From the NCBI GenBank assembly GCA_000182565.2, contig KQ257463.1: DNA of 64,000 bases. One strand, written 5' to 3'. Below, piece after piece: positions 50,261 through 64,000 of the stretch. This DNA comes from Spizellomyces punctatus DAOM BR117 (Eukaryota). The translations under genes were made by a program, and so were the position numbers. The notes under the pieces are model-generated. The model was not told where the DNA came from. It was given only the letters and a program-made list of their open reading frames with translations, and ran no database searches. Position 1 is the stretch's first letter; every line of letters starts with the position of its first letter.

Positions 50261-51645
50261 TACAATGAAAATAGTTGTGAAGCGAGTACCGCTCTGGAGG
50301 CTCTCATGATGCTTGTAGATTGTTGAACGTTGTATGTTTTGTCCCTAATTTATTACCTGGTCGAGATTCCTCTACCGTCCTTTGTTAGCGTGCGCATGAG
50401 ACTTTCCATATGTGCGTGTAGAGACGCGAATGCATGATCGTCACGCAATCATCTCTGTCAAGTCCGTTCGTACTTGCACGTTGTTGCTTGCATCTAACTT
50501 GGGCTTAATGGCCCAAGATGGACACGGTTCTTGTTCTGCCTTGCTCTCGGTTCATGAACTCTGCATGGGAAACTTCCCACATACCACAGTGTGACAGTTT
50601 TGCCCGAAGAGTTCGATTCTGGGCAGGAACGTTAAGCCAATCATTTTTTGTCCGTCCGGATGACGCGCTCATTTGTTCATCATCATCCGAGTCTCTTCCA
50701 TCTAAATGCGAGTTTTTCTCTATTAGAAACCTTTCAGACCATGGGTCGTTTTTCCGCTTGTTTCCAGCAGCTGCTATTTCAGTGTTTGCACAAGCTGCCT
50801 CATTTTGTGATGGTGTCATGCATATTTCTTTCATGGAATGACGATGGACCATGCTGGGAGGGTTGTGTGTGTTTATGTACGTATTTGCTATCTCGCATAG
50901 CCTTGGTTTCACACGTTTCTTCTGCAATCAGTACCTTGTCTTTGTTGATGATACTTGTACCTGTTGATGATACAAGTACTTGTACCAAGCACGTCTCCGC
51001 CGTCATGGTAAAATACCTGTCAAGAGACACGCGAACCCAGCAGGACTCGCCCCCGTCAGAATGACCCAAATATTACTGTCCATACGATGCCTTACAACCG
51101 TTTGCTTCCCACACTGTAGCTAAAGGGTCCTTTTTGACATTGATGGCTGTGTGCGTTTTCAATGTCTTGTTCATTCCTTGTCACTCTTGTCGTCGTCGTT
51201 GTCGTCGTCGCAACATTGTCGAACTGCTCATCCAATAAATATCACCCATGGCACAGTTTTGCCACAAGTTTTTCTATTGGATTACGTTAAGCTTAAAATA
51301 CTTCATTTAGAATTTTCTCTGTCTTGTGTCTCAAATCCAGGATCCAACAAAGAAGGGTACGAGGCTGTGCCGTCAATGTCATTGAAAATTCATTTTCCCC
51401 TTTGACAAAAAGAAGATCCCGTGCCTTGGACCGTGTCCCGACGCGCCGCCACTCCCGACGCCTGATGTTCGCAACCAGAAAAAACTGTACAAGAGATTCC
51501 ACGTCATCATGGCTTACGAAAGAAGGTTCGGAAGGACGATGGGAGGAAACGTCACAACCGTCGTTTGCCTTCCTTATAAAAGCGACTTGACCCGACACAA
51601 TTCCTCCCGTCCCAATTTTCCTTGTCTTGCTTTGCTACAATAAGA

Positions 51646-53860
51646 ATGGCCGCACTGGCAGCAGCAGCTGTCCTTTCCCTCGCCGCGTTTTCGGCTGGTG
51701 TTGCTGCGCAAAATCCATCGGGAGTCACCAATGGAGGAGATCCAGCAACGGTAGGGCAGTGGAAAGTCGTTTCGACAAATTCCGGCGTTGTTCCAAGTAA
51801 GTCGCTTTGGGACATGCAATTTACACGCGTCAATGCCTTATTCTGACGCGTTTTGAATTTCCTAGTCCATGTCGCATACCTTCCCGGCGACAAGCTCTAC
51901 ATGAGCGAACGCATTCACATTCCACCAAGAACCGCTGACGGAGTTTCAGAGGCGGACATACAAACGCGCCTCGCGACCGGATGGTACACTCAGAACCAGA
52001 ACTTGAAAAACAACGCGTTCTTCACCGATGCAGCAGAGTTTGATCTCGGCACCAACCAATACACGCTTATCGATCACATTCCCGCTCAAACGGACACGGC
52101 CAAGAATCAGGGATACGCCTTCTGTTCGGGTCATTCTCAGTTGCCTGACGGGCGAATTATCGTGGTCGGCGGTGATCAGTACTGGGATACGCCGTGGAAT
52201 GGACAAAACAGGACTTCGTACGTATGGTTGAAATCACAAAGCGCATTCCCAGATGTCATTCATGTTGATGGAATTGATGATTCGACAGTGACGGACGTCG
52301 TGATATTCGCATCTACACAAACTCCACGTCATTTGCAAAGGTCGCGGACATTTACAATGTTGACAACCTAGGTCCCAATGATCCTCGACGCGAGCTTTGG
52401 GGCCGCTGGTATCCGAGTGTCTTGACATTACCGGACGAGCAAAAGTATGATATCCATCCACTGTTGCATCTTTCCCACTGTTACCGTTGATACTTATCGA
52501 ACCTTGTTCCTCTCGCAGCGTACTGATTATGGGTGGTCAACGAGCCTTTTACAGCCCGGACAATGCTACCATGGATAACCCCACATATGAAATCTTCAAC
52601 GTTAATACGCTGACCTCCACCAAACCGGTCCAATCCAACCTATTGTCCGCAAACTTTCCCGTCAACATGTATCCGATACTTTATGTACTTCCTCAGAGCG
52701 GCAAGATTTGGGCATTTGCCAACAATGCATCTGCAGTTTTGGATCTCGCCGCGGGTACAGAGACACCCGGTCCTTCGTTACCAAACGATGGCGTTCTCGG
52801 CAGAAGCTTTCCGTTTGCTGGCACCAACTTTATACCGATGATTTCGTACAAGGATAATTACCAGATGGTTTCGTGGCTCTGCGGCGGTGTCAATGGCACG
52901 GGTCCGGACGGTAACCCCACTCCGCGTGAAGGTAATTCACCCAAATGGTACGCCAACTGTCCCAACTGTCTGCCGACGGCATCCTGCCACTCCTTGCCAC
53001 TGGAAAAGAATGGCGCTCAGTGGAGTCGCGAAGATATGCCACTTGCGCGGTCCCAGCCAGCTGCCGTGAACCTTCCTGATGGAACAATAGCCATTGTCAG
53101 CGGTTCCGGGAAAGGTCACCAGGGCGGAGTCTTTGGTCAAGCTGTTGCCAGCAATGGTGTCAAGAAGGTTGTCATATTCGACCCATCCAAAAAGGTTGGT
53201 GACGCCAACCGATGGAGGGTAGGAGCAGAAGCCGCAATTGCTCGACATTACCACAACACTGCTCTCCTTCGGGTCGATGGAACCATTGTCACTGGAGGAG
53301 GTGACGCTCAGAACGGCGACAACATTGCGGACCGTCCCGATGATATGAATCTCGAAGTCTACTCTCCTCCCTACATGTTCATGTCAAACCGCCTCGAGCT
53401 GGACCAGGTTCCCACACAAATCAAATATGGCCAGCAATTCATTGTCACCTTTAAGGGCGATGTTGCCCAGCAAGTTAAACAAGTCAGCATGATCCGATAT
53501 GCTACCATGACCCATACCATGAACTTGGACCAACGCCACGTGGAGCTCGAGATTATCAAATACGGAAAAAATAAGCTCTTGGTCAAGGCTCCTACCAATC
53601 CCAATGCCGCTATTGCCGGTAACTGGATGCTGTGGGCCGTCGACTCGCGCGGCGCACCCGTGGTCAAGGCCGCTACGGTCAGTCTTCGGAACAGTAACCC
53701 TGGCGGAGACGCTCAGTGGAACGATGCAGAAACCGTTTCTACGCCTCAATTCAGTAGTCAATCATCTTCAGCCGCAGTGCGGTTTGCGGGAATGTCAGTG
53801 CCGAGCATGACGTTTTTCATTGTTGTGAGTTGCCTTGTCACCGTTGGGGGTTTCTGGTAG
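51646..53860 (+). CDS. Copper radical oxidase (AA5, glyoxal/galactose oxidase family), secreted, possibly GPI-anchored (multi-exon)
   Basis: Signal peptide, AFCSGH, RWYPS, NMYP, RHYHN, THTMNLDQR, C-terminal Ig-like domain and hydrophobic tail. Confidence 0.88.
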
Positions 53861-54272
53861 GTGTGAAAACATTGTAAAGACGAGAAGGACACTTGGGGTG
53901 AAATTGTTCTTTTGTATTGTAGCGCTCCCTTATCACACGTAATTGTAATTTGTGCATTAATAGATATTTTACATAGTAGAATAGTGTGACTGTGCCATCA
54001 CGCAATTTATCCTTTTGTGTTCACCGATACTTGCTTCACCTCTCTGCTTGCTGGTGTTGTTTCCTTCTGTAGAGTTCAAGTTTTGCTCTCATCTGCCTGA
54101 TCAACGCAAAGGGATTTTCACCCGAGGACAACGACGTAAGGTGGACTGGGATCTGATTTAGCTTACAAACCACCTCGCCACACGCCGCAGCACGAGCTAC
54201 CTCCCCCTGGTGACAATTGGAGCCGCACGTGTTTGAAAGCCTTGCGGGTGCTTTTTTGACCTATTCCCAACA

Positions 54273-55791
54273 ATGAGCACAACCGACAGCGCACCGCCGT
54301 CAACAGCCGCCGACCTCCTTTCGTCTGCGGAGAACGACGGCGCGTCATGGGAGGATCCTCCAGATTTTAATGGCGAGGAATTTGATGCATCGTGGCAGGG
54401 AGAAGAAGAATTTGAAGGGGAAGATTGGGGTTTCTATGAGGAGGGTCTGGAGGAGTATGACGGAAAGCAAGAGACTTTATATGATAGCATATTGGATACA
54501 AGAGAGGATGAGAAAGTAGATGATGACTCTAGCAAGGAGGCGAGTGGGACTGCCGCCATTGACGCGAAGGGTCCAACAGAGCAACAAGAAGGAATACCAA
54601 AAGTGGCGGCTACAGAACCATCTTCTGTTCCAGCTGATTCCACTGCTGCAGTATCGGCCACTGATCGCTCGCGCGGTGTGCAAGATTCCTCAAGGGGAGC
54701 ATGGCGAGGTCGAGGTGGAGGCATGCGAGGACGGGGAACAGGATTCCAACGAGGTCAAATGTACGGCGGTTACCGAATGTACAATGGAAGGTTCTGTATC
54801 TGTCTCTGGTCTTTATCCTTGTGAAAGATGCCTGCAGAGCTAATATCTTTTGGCATTGATAGACCAGATATGCCAATGTACATGCCGCAGTCTCCTGTGG
54901 GACATAAAATCTACATCAATCCTGCTAAATTCATGTCCTTGCCACCTGGGTTCCATCCCTATGCACATCCCAATATGATGAGGGGCCGGGGAATGCCTTA
55001 TGCGCAGAGGATGGGGATGCGAGGGTTTGGCTATGGGAATGTAGGGAATGTGCGGGGAAGAGGGAGAGGCGGGTTTATGGTATGTTGCCTGTTAGCCCGT
55101 ATTGAAGGAATTGGAGTTGTGTTGATTGATGGGGTGCAAAAATCTAGCAACAGAATCTTCCTCGGGACCGTGGTCCAGATGCTATAGCCCAACCACACAC
55201 ATACCGTCCAGCAGCCCGTCCTACACCCCCAATGGGCTCACCAGCACCGGATAGCCCTTCCCCCCGCAAAAGAGCTATAGAACCCTCAGTATCCACTCCA
55301 GAAGCAAAAAAGGCGCGCGCGGAGGGTGGCAATCAACCGCAGAGTCAGTCACCAGCACCGAATCCGAATCCGAAGAGCACTAATAACAATATGAGTGGAG
55401 TGCCCGCACCACAAGGAAATGCACCACCTCCCACAACAACGGTCAATGCACTGCCGGGTACTGTGGCGATTGTGAGGCAGTTGGGTCCTGGCACAGCACG
55501 AGGGGATGTGGAGAAATTTGCTAGACCGTTCAAGGTTCGCAAGAAAATGACATTTTAGACTTTTTATCGTCAGCAAACACCTAACCGCCATTTGGGGAAT
55601 AGTTTCTCCAATTTGATGATAAAGCGCTTGAAGCAAGGATCGGATTTGCGACACCGGAACTGGCTACCATTTTTCGACGAAAGTTTAACAAGTAAGCATC
55701 TTTATGCAAATCTTTTTCTTTTTCTCGCATGTACTCATTCTTGCGTAGGATTGAAGTGAATGGGAGTCGGATTACGATATCTATTGAGTGA
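54273..55791 (+). CDS. Low-complexity acidic/RGG protein with a probable C-terminal RRM-like domain (multi-exon)
   Basis: Acidic N-terminus, RGRGG repeats and KIYINPAKF. Spliced C-terminus VAIVRQLGPG...ARIGFATPELA...IEVNGSRITISIE*. Confidence 0.55.
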
Positions 55792-56153
55792 GTCTTGCAC
55801 ATCAAAGGTAGGAGTGCAGGGCGAGGGTGCTGAGACTTGTAAACATGACGGTGTCTGTTCGTTTTCAAAGGGGAATACAAAGTTGCGTTTGGGTGATTGT
55901 ACCCTTTATTTATATTTGTGAGTCTGTATTTGGTGATATGAACATGAGGCGGGGATGCTTTCAAGCAAATGTCATCTTTGAAAGATGTGCATATTGGAAA
56001 TAAGACTGGAGCTATTTTATTGTATACATTGTTGCCCTCGTCTCCAAAGTCGCTGCCTGGAAGCGACAAATCACGCATGTTGAATGACTCATGCGCCAAT
56101 CAAGATGCAATCCGCAACTGTTCAAACCTTTCTGAACTGCATCTCATCCAACC

Positions 56154-56537
56154 ATGGCCGCCCGATATACCCTTTACCATCACCCAACCTGCAGTAAATC
56201 CATCAACGCCCTCACACACCTCCAAACCCGGCTCCAGCCTACCAGTTTCAATGCAGTCATCTACACCACCACCCCACCCACAGCGCAAACGCTAAAAGAG
56301 GTATTCGCTTTACTCCCCAAAACCCAATTACCAACCGCTGTACGTCCCGACGAGTGCTCTGAAGCAGAGCGTGCCCAAGTACAAAACGGAAGTGTTGACG
56401 ATGTGGTCGACGTTGTGATGGTTGACATTGTCAAGAGATTGCAGCGACCTATTCTCGTAGACTGGATCGCTGGAAAGGCTGCTGTTGGGCGACCTATGGA
56501 TCAGATTTTAGAGTTGCTTGAGGAGAATAAGGAATGA
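56154..56537 (+). CDS. arsC: ArsC/Spx-family thioredoxin-fold protein (arsenate reductase-like), intronless, 127 aa
   Basis: TLYHHPTCSKS N-terminal motif, LQRPILV and AVGRP C-terminal motifs. Confidence 0.8.
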   Translation: MAARYTLYHHPTCSKSINALTHLQTRLQPTSFNAVIYTTTPPTAQTLKEVFALLPKTQLPTAVRPDECSEAERAQVQNGSVDDVVDVVMVDIVKRLQRPILVDWIAGKAAVGRPMDQILELLEENKE

Positions 56538-57196
56538 TGATGGCGGGTTTTGTCAACGCCATTTTTTGTGGTATTTCACAGCTTGGATAGAATCAAGGGA
56601 TGCGAGTGATCTGATGCAGTTGGAAGCCGCGAAAAAAGAACATTAGAAGGATAACAAATACTCTGATGGATCCGAACAGTAATGTGAATGTAATAGAGAC
56701 TTGAACTTGGGTATATGCGAGGACCGTTGGGTCGCTAATACATCAGATAACCGCGAAATTCGCTGTAGATATGCGGCCCTTTTTCCTCATGTTCATTATG
56801 CCCGTCACTGGTACTTGTCCTTCTAACTCATCCATGAGCAGCGCCTGGGCAACTTGCAAAATCAGCCTCACTTTTGCGGCTTTTGGCAGTTACGCAGCAA
56901 CACTTAAGTCGTCCACAGGCGAAAACAAAAGCAAAAACCGTCACGTTCGGACGTAAATCACGTGATTCGGACGAGATCTGACAATTTTGTCCACCGATCG
57001 TTTGGAGGGGTCGCTGACAATTTACTGCGCAAAAAGCCTAGCAAGTCCCCCCAGACCTCCATTGTTTTTCCGTCATTGGCGTTTGTCCCGCTCTAGTTGG
57101 GAAGCTACCCAAAAGTTTAGAGCAGGTGCACAAGGGACGAACTTTACGGTTAACAGTGTTTAAAAGCTGCCCAGAAAGTCAAAGGCACATTTCAAA

Positions 57197-60100
57197 ATGA
57201 CGTCCAAGAGGGCATTGCCTGCCGGTGAAGACGAAGAGACTGAAAACCAAGTCCCGGAGACAGCTACCAAGCGCCAACGATTAGAGACTGCCCAAGTAAG
57301 TCAACCGAAAATCATGAAGGCGCTGCCCGCTTCCTAAAACTTGCTCCATAAGCGTGTGCGAAACGCAACTGTTCGCTCCGCGGACTCTAGTTTTCACGAA
57401 AAGCGTATACAATGGTTCTGGGAGCACCGAGACCTTTTTGAACCCCTATTACCCGAAAAGAGCTTTTTCACAAAGCTGGCTGAATGTCCGCCCCTTGGTG
57501 AGACTATCCCTCGAAGGGAGGTGCCGACGCCTGCGAGTGTGCAAGCTACTTTGAAGGATTATCAGATGAGGGGGGTGAGTAGAGATGGTGAAGGCTGTCT
57601 TGGTATATTCCGAAAATTGACTGTCGGCTTCATAGTTGAGCTTTTTGGTACATATGTACGAAAATGGGGTGAACGCCATTTTGGGGGACGAAATGGGACT
57701 TGGAAAAACTCTTCAGACCCTCAGTCTCTTTGCCCACATCAAAGAGCACAGCAACGGAGGTCCCTTCTTGGTTGTTTGTCCTCTCTCTGTTCTCGGCAGC
57801 TGGGCGACGGTAGGTGCCGCAATTATTTTCCCTTCGTTGGAAACCGGAACTGATCGTCCCATAGGAGATCAGCCGCTGGACACCCTCTTTGACCTCCATC
57901 ACCATCCACGGGGCTCAATCGGAACGCGCGAGAATCAAATCACTATGCTTGACCAATCAGTATGATATTTATGTTACGACATATGAGCAGTATGTGGCAG
58001 AGCAAGGGTGGTTCAAGAGTTTTCGATGGAAGATTGTGGTGTTGGATGAAGGTGTGCTAAAAGATCTGACGGCTTTGATTTTACGTTTGGTTGGAAATAA
58101 GATGCTGACGGGATCTTTCGTTGATAGGACACAAGATTAAGAATGAGAATACGAATGTGTCCGTTTCGTTGAGAGGATTAAATGCACAATTTCGATTGCT
58201 TTTGACGGGAACCCCTTTGCAAAATAACTTGCACGAATGTACGTTCGATCATTAAAGATCCAACTTATTTGGCATTGTGTTCTGATGGTCTATATGATAG
58301 TGTGGGCTTTGCTTCATTGGTTGTTTCCGGAAGGTAACTGATTAAGCATGAACTCATTCGCCCCGTACTATTGCAAAATAATTGATCTCAAACAGTCTTC
58401 ACACCCAAAACTGTCAAGAAGTTTGACGAAAGTTTTGATCTTAATAAAGGTCAATATGATTTGGCTGTGCTGGATTATTCCCGCCGATTGTTGGAACGAA
58501 TCATGTTGCGGAGGTTGAAGAACCAAGTTGATTTTCAGATTCCACCAAAAGAAGAGATGACTCGTACGTTTTTCTCTCCCTTGTGCCCTTCTTGTAATAT
58601 TTGTAGGGCCTGACTTGTGCGGCTATTTTGCTAGTGTACGTTCCCCTATCACCCATGCAACGCTTTTGGTACAAGCGCCTCCTGACCGGTCTGGATACCA
58701 TGACCCTTCAAGAAGTATTTTCAGCGACTCATAAGGAGAGCTCAGAGGAAGTGCATTCGGCGAGTGAGATGAAACAGTTTGAAGAGACAAAGGCGGCAAT
58801 GGAGTATTCAATGAAGGCCGGAGGCAACGAATGGAAGAAACTGATGAATTTATTGATGCAGTTGAGAAAATGTTGCAATCAGTGAGTCATTCACATGTGC
58901 ACATTTAAGTGTTGGGGGTAGTGAGCTGACATGAGCGCTCCGCTAGTCCGTATATGTTACCGAACTCGGAGCCGGAGCCGGTGAGTCTTATACTCCCTGG
59001 CATATGAAGTATGGTTCTTTGATTTCTAAAAGTGATTCCAACTTTATAGTTCCTGCCAGGAGAACACTTGGTTCTCGCGTCGTCCAAAATGGTTCTCCTC
59101 GACAAACTCCTCAAACACCTCAAAGCAGGTGGTCATAGATCTCTCCTTTTCAGCAGCTTCACCGGCATGCTAGATATTCTTGAAGACTATTTAATTTACC
59201 GCGGTGTCTCATACTGTCGTCTCGATGGATCTACAGCCCGACCGCGGCGGAATCTGGATATCCGATTATTTAACCACAAGGATTCTCCTTATGAAGTATT
59301 TCTAATTTCGACGCGGGCGGGTGGATTGGGCATCAACCTCACAGCGGCGGACACGGTCATCTTCTTTGACAATGAGTGGAACCCGCAGGTGGATCTTCAA
59401 GCTCTTGCACGAGCCCACCGGATTGGGCAAAAGAAAACGGTCCGAGTGTACCGTATTGTCTGTCAAGACACGGTTGAAGAGCAAATGCAGAGTCGTTTAC
59501 AAAAGAAATTGTTCCTTAGCGCCAAAGTCACTGAAGACATGCAAGATCCTACCGCGGTCAATGAACCGCGCTTCACCAAGGGTGAACTCATGTCCATGTT
59601 ACGACGAGGTGCGAGGGCTATAACCAGGATATTCGAGTCCCCGGAGGAATTTATTGCTGCTAGTATGAATGATATTTTGCAAAAGAGTAGAGAGTATCAA
59701 AAGAGGGTTGATGGGGAGGCGGCAATAGAAGATCAGGAAGAGTTCACATTAGAGGGAATGGAAATTGTTCAGTCACGGGTATTTGAAGGGCGGGTGGTAC
59801 ATAAGACCGCGAAGGATATCGGGAATGGTGGGTATTTTCCGCGCGTTTCCATTGATTTGCCAAGCATTAAATTCTTGTTGTAGAGTGGAACGAACTGGCC
59901 AAGCGAGTCCGCGAAGACCGTGTCGTCATGGTCGATGGCCACGCGGTTTTGAAGGAAACTGTCGGATGCGACATGTGGGAGGCGAGATCGACTTTTTCGA
60001 AAAATGCGGTTATAGAGAAGAAGCGACGCAGAAGAAAATTTGCCCACGAAGAGGTATTGCTTCAACGTTCGGCATCACACTCAACAATATTGGTGACCAC

Positions 60101-60969
60101 TCATATTGTCTTTTTAGGTCTGCCATGCATGTAGCGATGAAGACGATCAGAGCAAACTTCTTGGATGCACCTTATGTCCCCGCTCTTACCACCCTAAATG
60201 TGTCGGCATGACCAAAGCGTCTGCGAAACAATTGGTGACGTGGAGCTGTCCTCAACATCTTTGTGTGGAATGTCTGCGCAAAACTGGGGATGCCGGGGGG
60301 ATGCTGTTTAGATGTCAGAGCTGTTCGAATGCTTTTTGGTGAGTAGTGTTGTTACCTATTCTTTGTGGAGTTCTGGCCTGTTTTATCACTCATTGCGATA
60401 TCTTTCCTTTCACCAGCGAGGATTGCCTTGATTTTGACGAAATTTTCCCCGTCGGGGATGTTCTCCCTGAATTCCTCCTCCTCGGTTTCCCCAAAGTCGG
60501 CCAAGCATATTACATTCGATGCACAGAGTGTCTAGACCATTATAAAACACATCCGGATGCTTTGAAGGATTTGGAGGAGCAGATGGAACGAGACTGGAAG
60601 GAAGTCGAGAAGCAGGAGACTGAGATAGAGGAGGTGAAAGAGGTGAAAGAGGAGGTGAAGGTGGAAAAGCAAGAAACGAAAAAAGTAGAGAGAAAGTCGC
60701 GACAGGCCCTATCGCCCCGCAATGAGGGAACTACGTCGAGCTCGCTCTGGCCCGCTGACTTTTGCGAACGAGTACGAAAGAAGATGCGAGCTTCTGGATT
60801 GTATACCCTAGGTCTCGTGGACGAGATTAGACAGTTGGACCCTTCGGTGCATGTAACAAAAATGGGGCTGGAGAAAATTTTGGACAGGTCCGTGAATGCT
60901 CCGGCATATTTGCTGGGGAGTCAGCGGTTGAAGAGGGCTGTGGAGGTTTGGGTTGGGGGTGTGAATTGA
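57197..60969 (+). CDS. SNF2-family chromatin remodelling ATPase with C-terminal PHD-like Cys/His fingers (multi-exon)
   Basis: [66 protein letters not shown]-terminal C..C...CPRSYHPKC...[11 protein letters not shown]. Confidence 0.88.
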
Positions 60970-61264
60970 GAGTAATTTTGGGTGTCGGTGATTTCGTAAA
61001 GGTTACCTATCCTTTTTTTCGCTAGTTAGAATGCGAATTATTTTATTGTGATGGATATTCTGCAGTATTTTTGCAAGACAATTGCGTTGGATCACGCCAA
61101 ATTGGCACGCCATTTGAGATGCCCTCCCATGTCCGAGCCATATCCTCATTGTGGCCCAGCTTCATCTAATGATCAAACAGCACACATCGTTGAAAAGAGC
61201 AAGACAAAATAATATTACGTTCAGGGAAAAGAGGTTTTGGATAAAATATTGGGGAGTGGTTTCT

Positions 61265-62735
61265 TTATTTGAGGTTGGAGATCACATTCTCCGTGAATTG
61301 GGTGTTGGTCGCCTTGCCTCCAAGGTCTCCCGTACGTGCCTGAGTATTACAAATAGATGAGAAATCAGAAAATGACTCAAAAGGCCCAAAAATGACATAC
61401 CTTGCCCTCCGCAATAGTCTTCAGAACCGCCTGTTGAATGTTATCCGCGTGATTATCCATCTTCATGTGCCTCAACATCATCACAGCCGACAACAAAAGC
61501 GCGGTGGGGTTTGCCAGGTCCTTGCCCGCAATATCAGGAGCCGTTCCGTGGACGGATTCAAAAATGGAGGCTTTTTGACCGATATTGCCTGACGGTGTTA
61601 GACCCAATCCACCAATCAAGCCAGCGCAGAGGTCGGAGAGAATATCGCCGTAGAGGTTTGGCATGACCATAACGGTGTGCTTCCACTTGGTGGGGTCTTG
61701 GACGATTTGGAGGCAAACTCGGTCGAGGAGGACATCATCGAGTTTGATGTCGGGGTAGTCCCGGGAGACTTCCTGAGCAGCGGAGAGGAACAGGCCGTCT
61801 GCGAGTTTTCTATTTTTGGGAGATTAGATATGGCCAGAAATAATAGCGGAAAGAGCTACATACTGGATGTTTGCCTTGTGGACAACGGTCACACGGTCCC
61901 GGCCAATGGCTCGAGCATATTCAAAAGCATACGTGGCGCATCTCCTGGACGCTTCCTCTGTGATCAGCTTGATGGATTGCACAACACCGTCGACCACAAC
62001 ATGTTCAATGCCAGAATATTCTCCCTCGGTATTTTCACGGATAAGAACCGTGTCAACATCGTCAAAGGGGGTTTTGTAGCCGATGATGGATTTGCAGGGA
62101 CGAACGTTGGCAAAGAGGTCAAAAGTCCTGTTGTTGTTTTTCTATTTAGCTTGAATCATCAGAGTGTATACGATAGATACCTACCTGCGGAGAGTCAAGT
62201 TCATGGAGACGTGGCCCTTTCCAACGGGAGTGGCAAGAGGCCCCTTCAAAGCGACCTTGTTTTTGTTAATGGAGGTCAGAGCATCATCGGGGATGGTAGT
62301 CCGGCCATCCTTCAAAATAGGGTATACATCGACAGATTCCCACACAACAGGAACCTACGGCAAAATTCAAAAGACATGAGGAAACTGTGATAACAAAAAT
62401 TACCGTGAGCGGAAAACGTACGCCCTCAGCCTCGAAGATGTTGACGACCGATTTTGAAATTTCGGGACCGATACCGTCGCCAGGGATTAAAGTCACAATC
62501 CGCTTTCCATCCTACAAGAATCATAGCATCAATTTGCGCTCATCATGTAAACCCCGGTCTTTGCATACCTGAGTATACGCCCCCTCACCAGCAACAGAGG
62601 CAAATCCTCGACGACACAGAGGTGTTGCCTATTTTCATGTTGACATGTTAGCTCTCCGGATAAAAAGCAGATGGCGCATCACCAACGCGCAACTCGTACC
62701 TGGCGAGCAGCACGAGCAAAAGCCGTTCTAAACAT
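61265..62735 (-). CDS. IDH2: Mitochondrial NAD-dependent isocitrate dehydrogenase catalytic subunit (multi-exon)
   Basis: Presequence [88 protein letters not shown]. Confidence 0.92.
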
Positions 62736-63801
62736 CTTTGCAACGGTACGTTATATATGGATATAGAAACACGGAGGGAAAACGAGGTCGGAGAAAGTAA
62801 TGAAATGACAAAGACAAAAAAAAAACCAGTTCCTTCCGTTATCAAAAGCTGCCAGACGGTCCGCAAAGACGAACTTTTGTAAATTCGCGGAAAATGGTGG
62901 CAATGGTGATTGGAATGGGTTGGAATGCATCCACAATGAGATGAGGCTCATCCAAAGTTGGGGTGTTCCATAGCACATTACTTACGGAGAAGATGACGCT
63001 GACTCTCCAGATTTGAACGCTGTACTTTCTTAATGTCTAAAGCCATATTCCGCAACTTGTCCGAATCTGTGTTTTCAGTTTCGGGTCGCGGACACGCAGG
63101 TAGTTGACGATCTGAACTAGGAACTTTCATCACGGACTGTTTGGTGCTGCAAACATTTTCCTTCTCAACTTCATTGAATGGGTCTTCCTCAAAAAGGGAA
63201 AAAAGACCAAACACATTGGCAGCCGCTCCTGACCATCAACTCACATTGAAATCACCGCGTTGCCGCTTCGCTATCGTCAGAGTGTCCAAGATATAACGCA
63301 TTTGCGGCTTCCGCTCATGTACCACTTTGTGGCTTTGATTTTTCAAACGCTTGTCCTGTCAACAATTTCGTTATTAGTCCTTGGCTCCCTTTAGCCCAAA
63401 AGGAGACCATATGTACGAGCGATACCACCAAGAGAGGTATGATGTGTAGGGGCCTTCACTGAAATCCCAAAGTCTCAAAGATGCTTTTTGGTTTATTACC
63501 AATTCATCATGCATAATAGAATGCGCAATGCTGACCAAGGGAGTTGGAATATGTTGCAATGCAACCTAGGCAAAAGAAGTATTGTGCAATCTACAGTGCT
63601 ATGGTTCCAGTTTGATGAAGACAGGATAGTGTACAACGCGCACTTGCTATGAGCATTCTTGAGAGTGGTAGTCAGGAGACATGTCATGGCCGGGTCAAAG
63701 CCCATCCGCCGGTATAACTGTCCAAGCCATTCAACAATAGCATCTTGAAACGATGAGCACATTCCAGTATATACAAGAGCAGAGGGGAACATTCCCGTCC
63801 C

Positions 63802-64000
63802 CTAGTCCCGCAAAATAGCCACCCTTTCATCCACGAGGTCCTCCAGTTTCACATCACGCTTTCTATCCGCAATGACTCCAGCCTTTTTCAATACTCGTAC
63901 ACAGTCCAGGATGACTTTCCGGCTCAATTCGCGTGAATTGCGGGGGTACTCTACCGAAGCGAACCACGTCTTGACGTCCTCCTCCGGGAGTTTAAACCGA
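63802..64000 (-). CDS. 3' end of a gene running off the window (possibly a periplasmic-binding-fold protein)
   Basis: Open frame RFKLPEEDVKTWFASVEYPRNSRELSRKVILDCVRVLKKAGVI...ILRD* ending at TAG 63802-63804. The family guess is weak. Confidence 0.45.
   Translation of the reverse strand, partial: RFKLPEEDVKTWFASVEYPRNSRELSRKVILDCVRVLKKAGVIADRKRDVKLEDLVDERVAILRD

Noticed and set aside
50505-50927. 140-aa minus-strand ORF
   Set aside because: No recognisable motifs or splice support, so it cannot be called a gene from sequence alone.
61677-62390. 237-aa + strand ORF
   Set aside because: Antisense shadow of the conserved IDH gene.

Overview
Gene-dense, intron-rich eukaryotic DNA from a flagellated (chytrid-type) fungus, most likely Spizellomyces. 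Supporting signs are short GT-AG introns, the cilium/centriole genes CFAP20, CCDC96 and POC5, and animal-like genes missing from yeasts and molds (phenylalanine hydroxylase, DCAF12-like, NPEPL1-like). About 23 host genes are recognisable. The standout is at 19.2-21.8 kb: a complete ~2.15-kb TIR element (19602-21751, perfect 30-bp inverted ends including the terminal TA, CATA at the left junction). It encodes an intact 632-aa Fanzor1 RNA-guided nuclease (eukaryotic TnpB/Cas12 relative, SpuFz1-like) whose omegaRNA overlaps the right end. About 335 bp upstream, outside that element, lies a second, stand-alone omegaRNA-like scaffold (19193-19266). It has the same length, compensatory base-pair changes, a different guide, and no Fanzor ORF or matching left end that I could find, so it is a candidate trans-acting or domesticated guide RNA. 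A type III glutamine synthetase and an intronless bacterial-type ArsC are also notable. All family assignments come from motif recognition, with no database search. Exon boundaries were read by eye.
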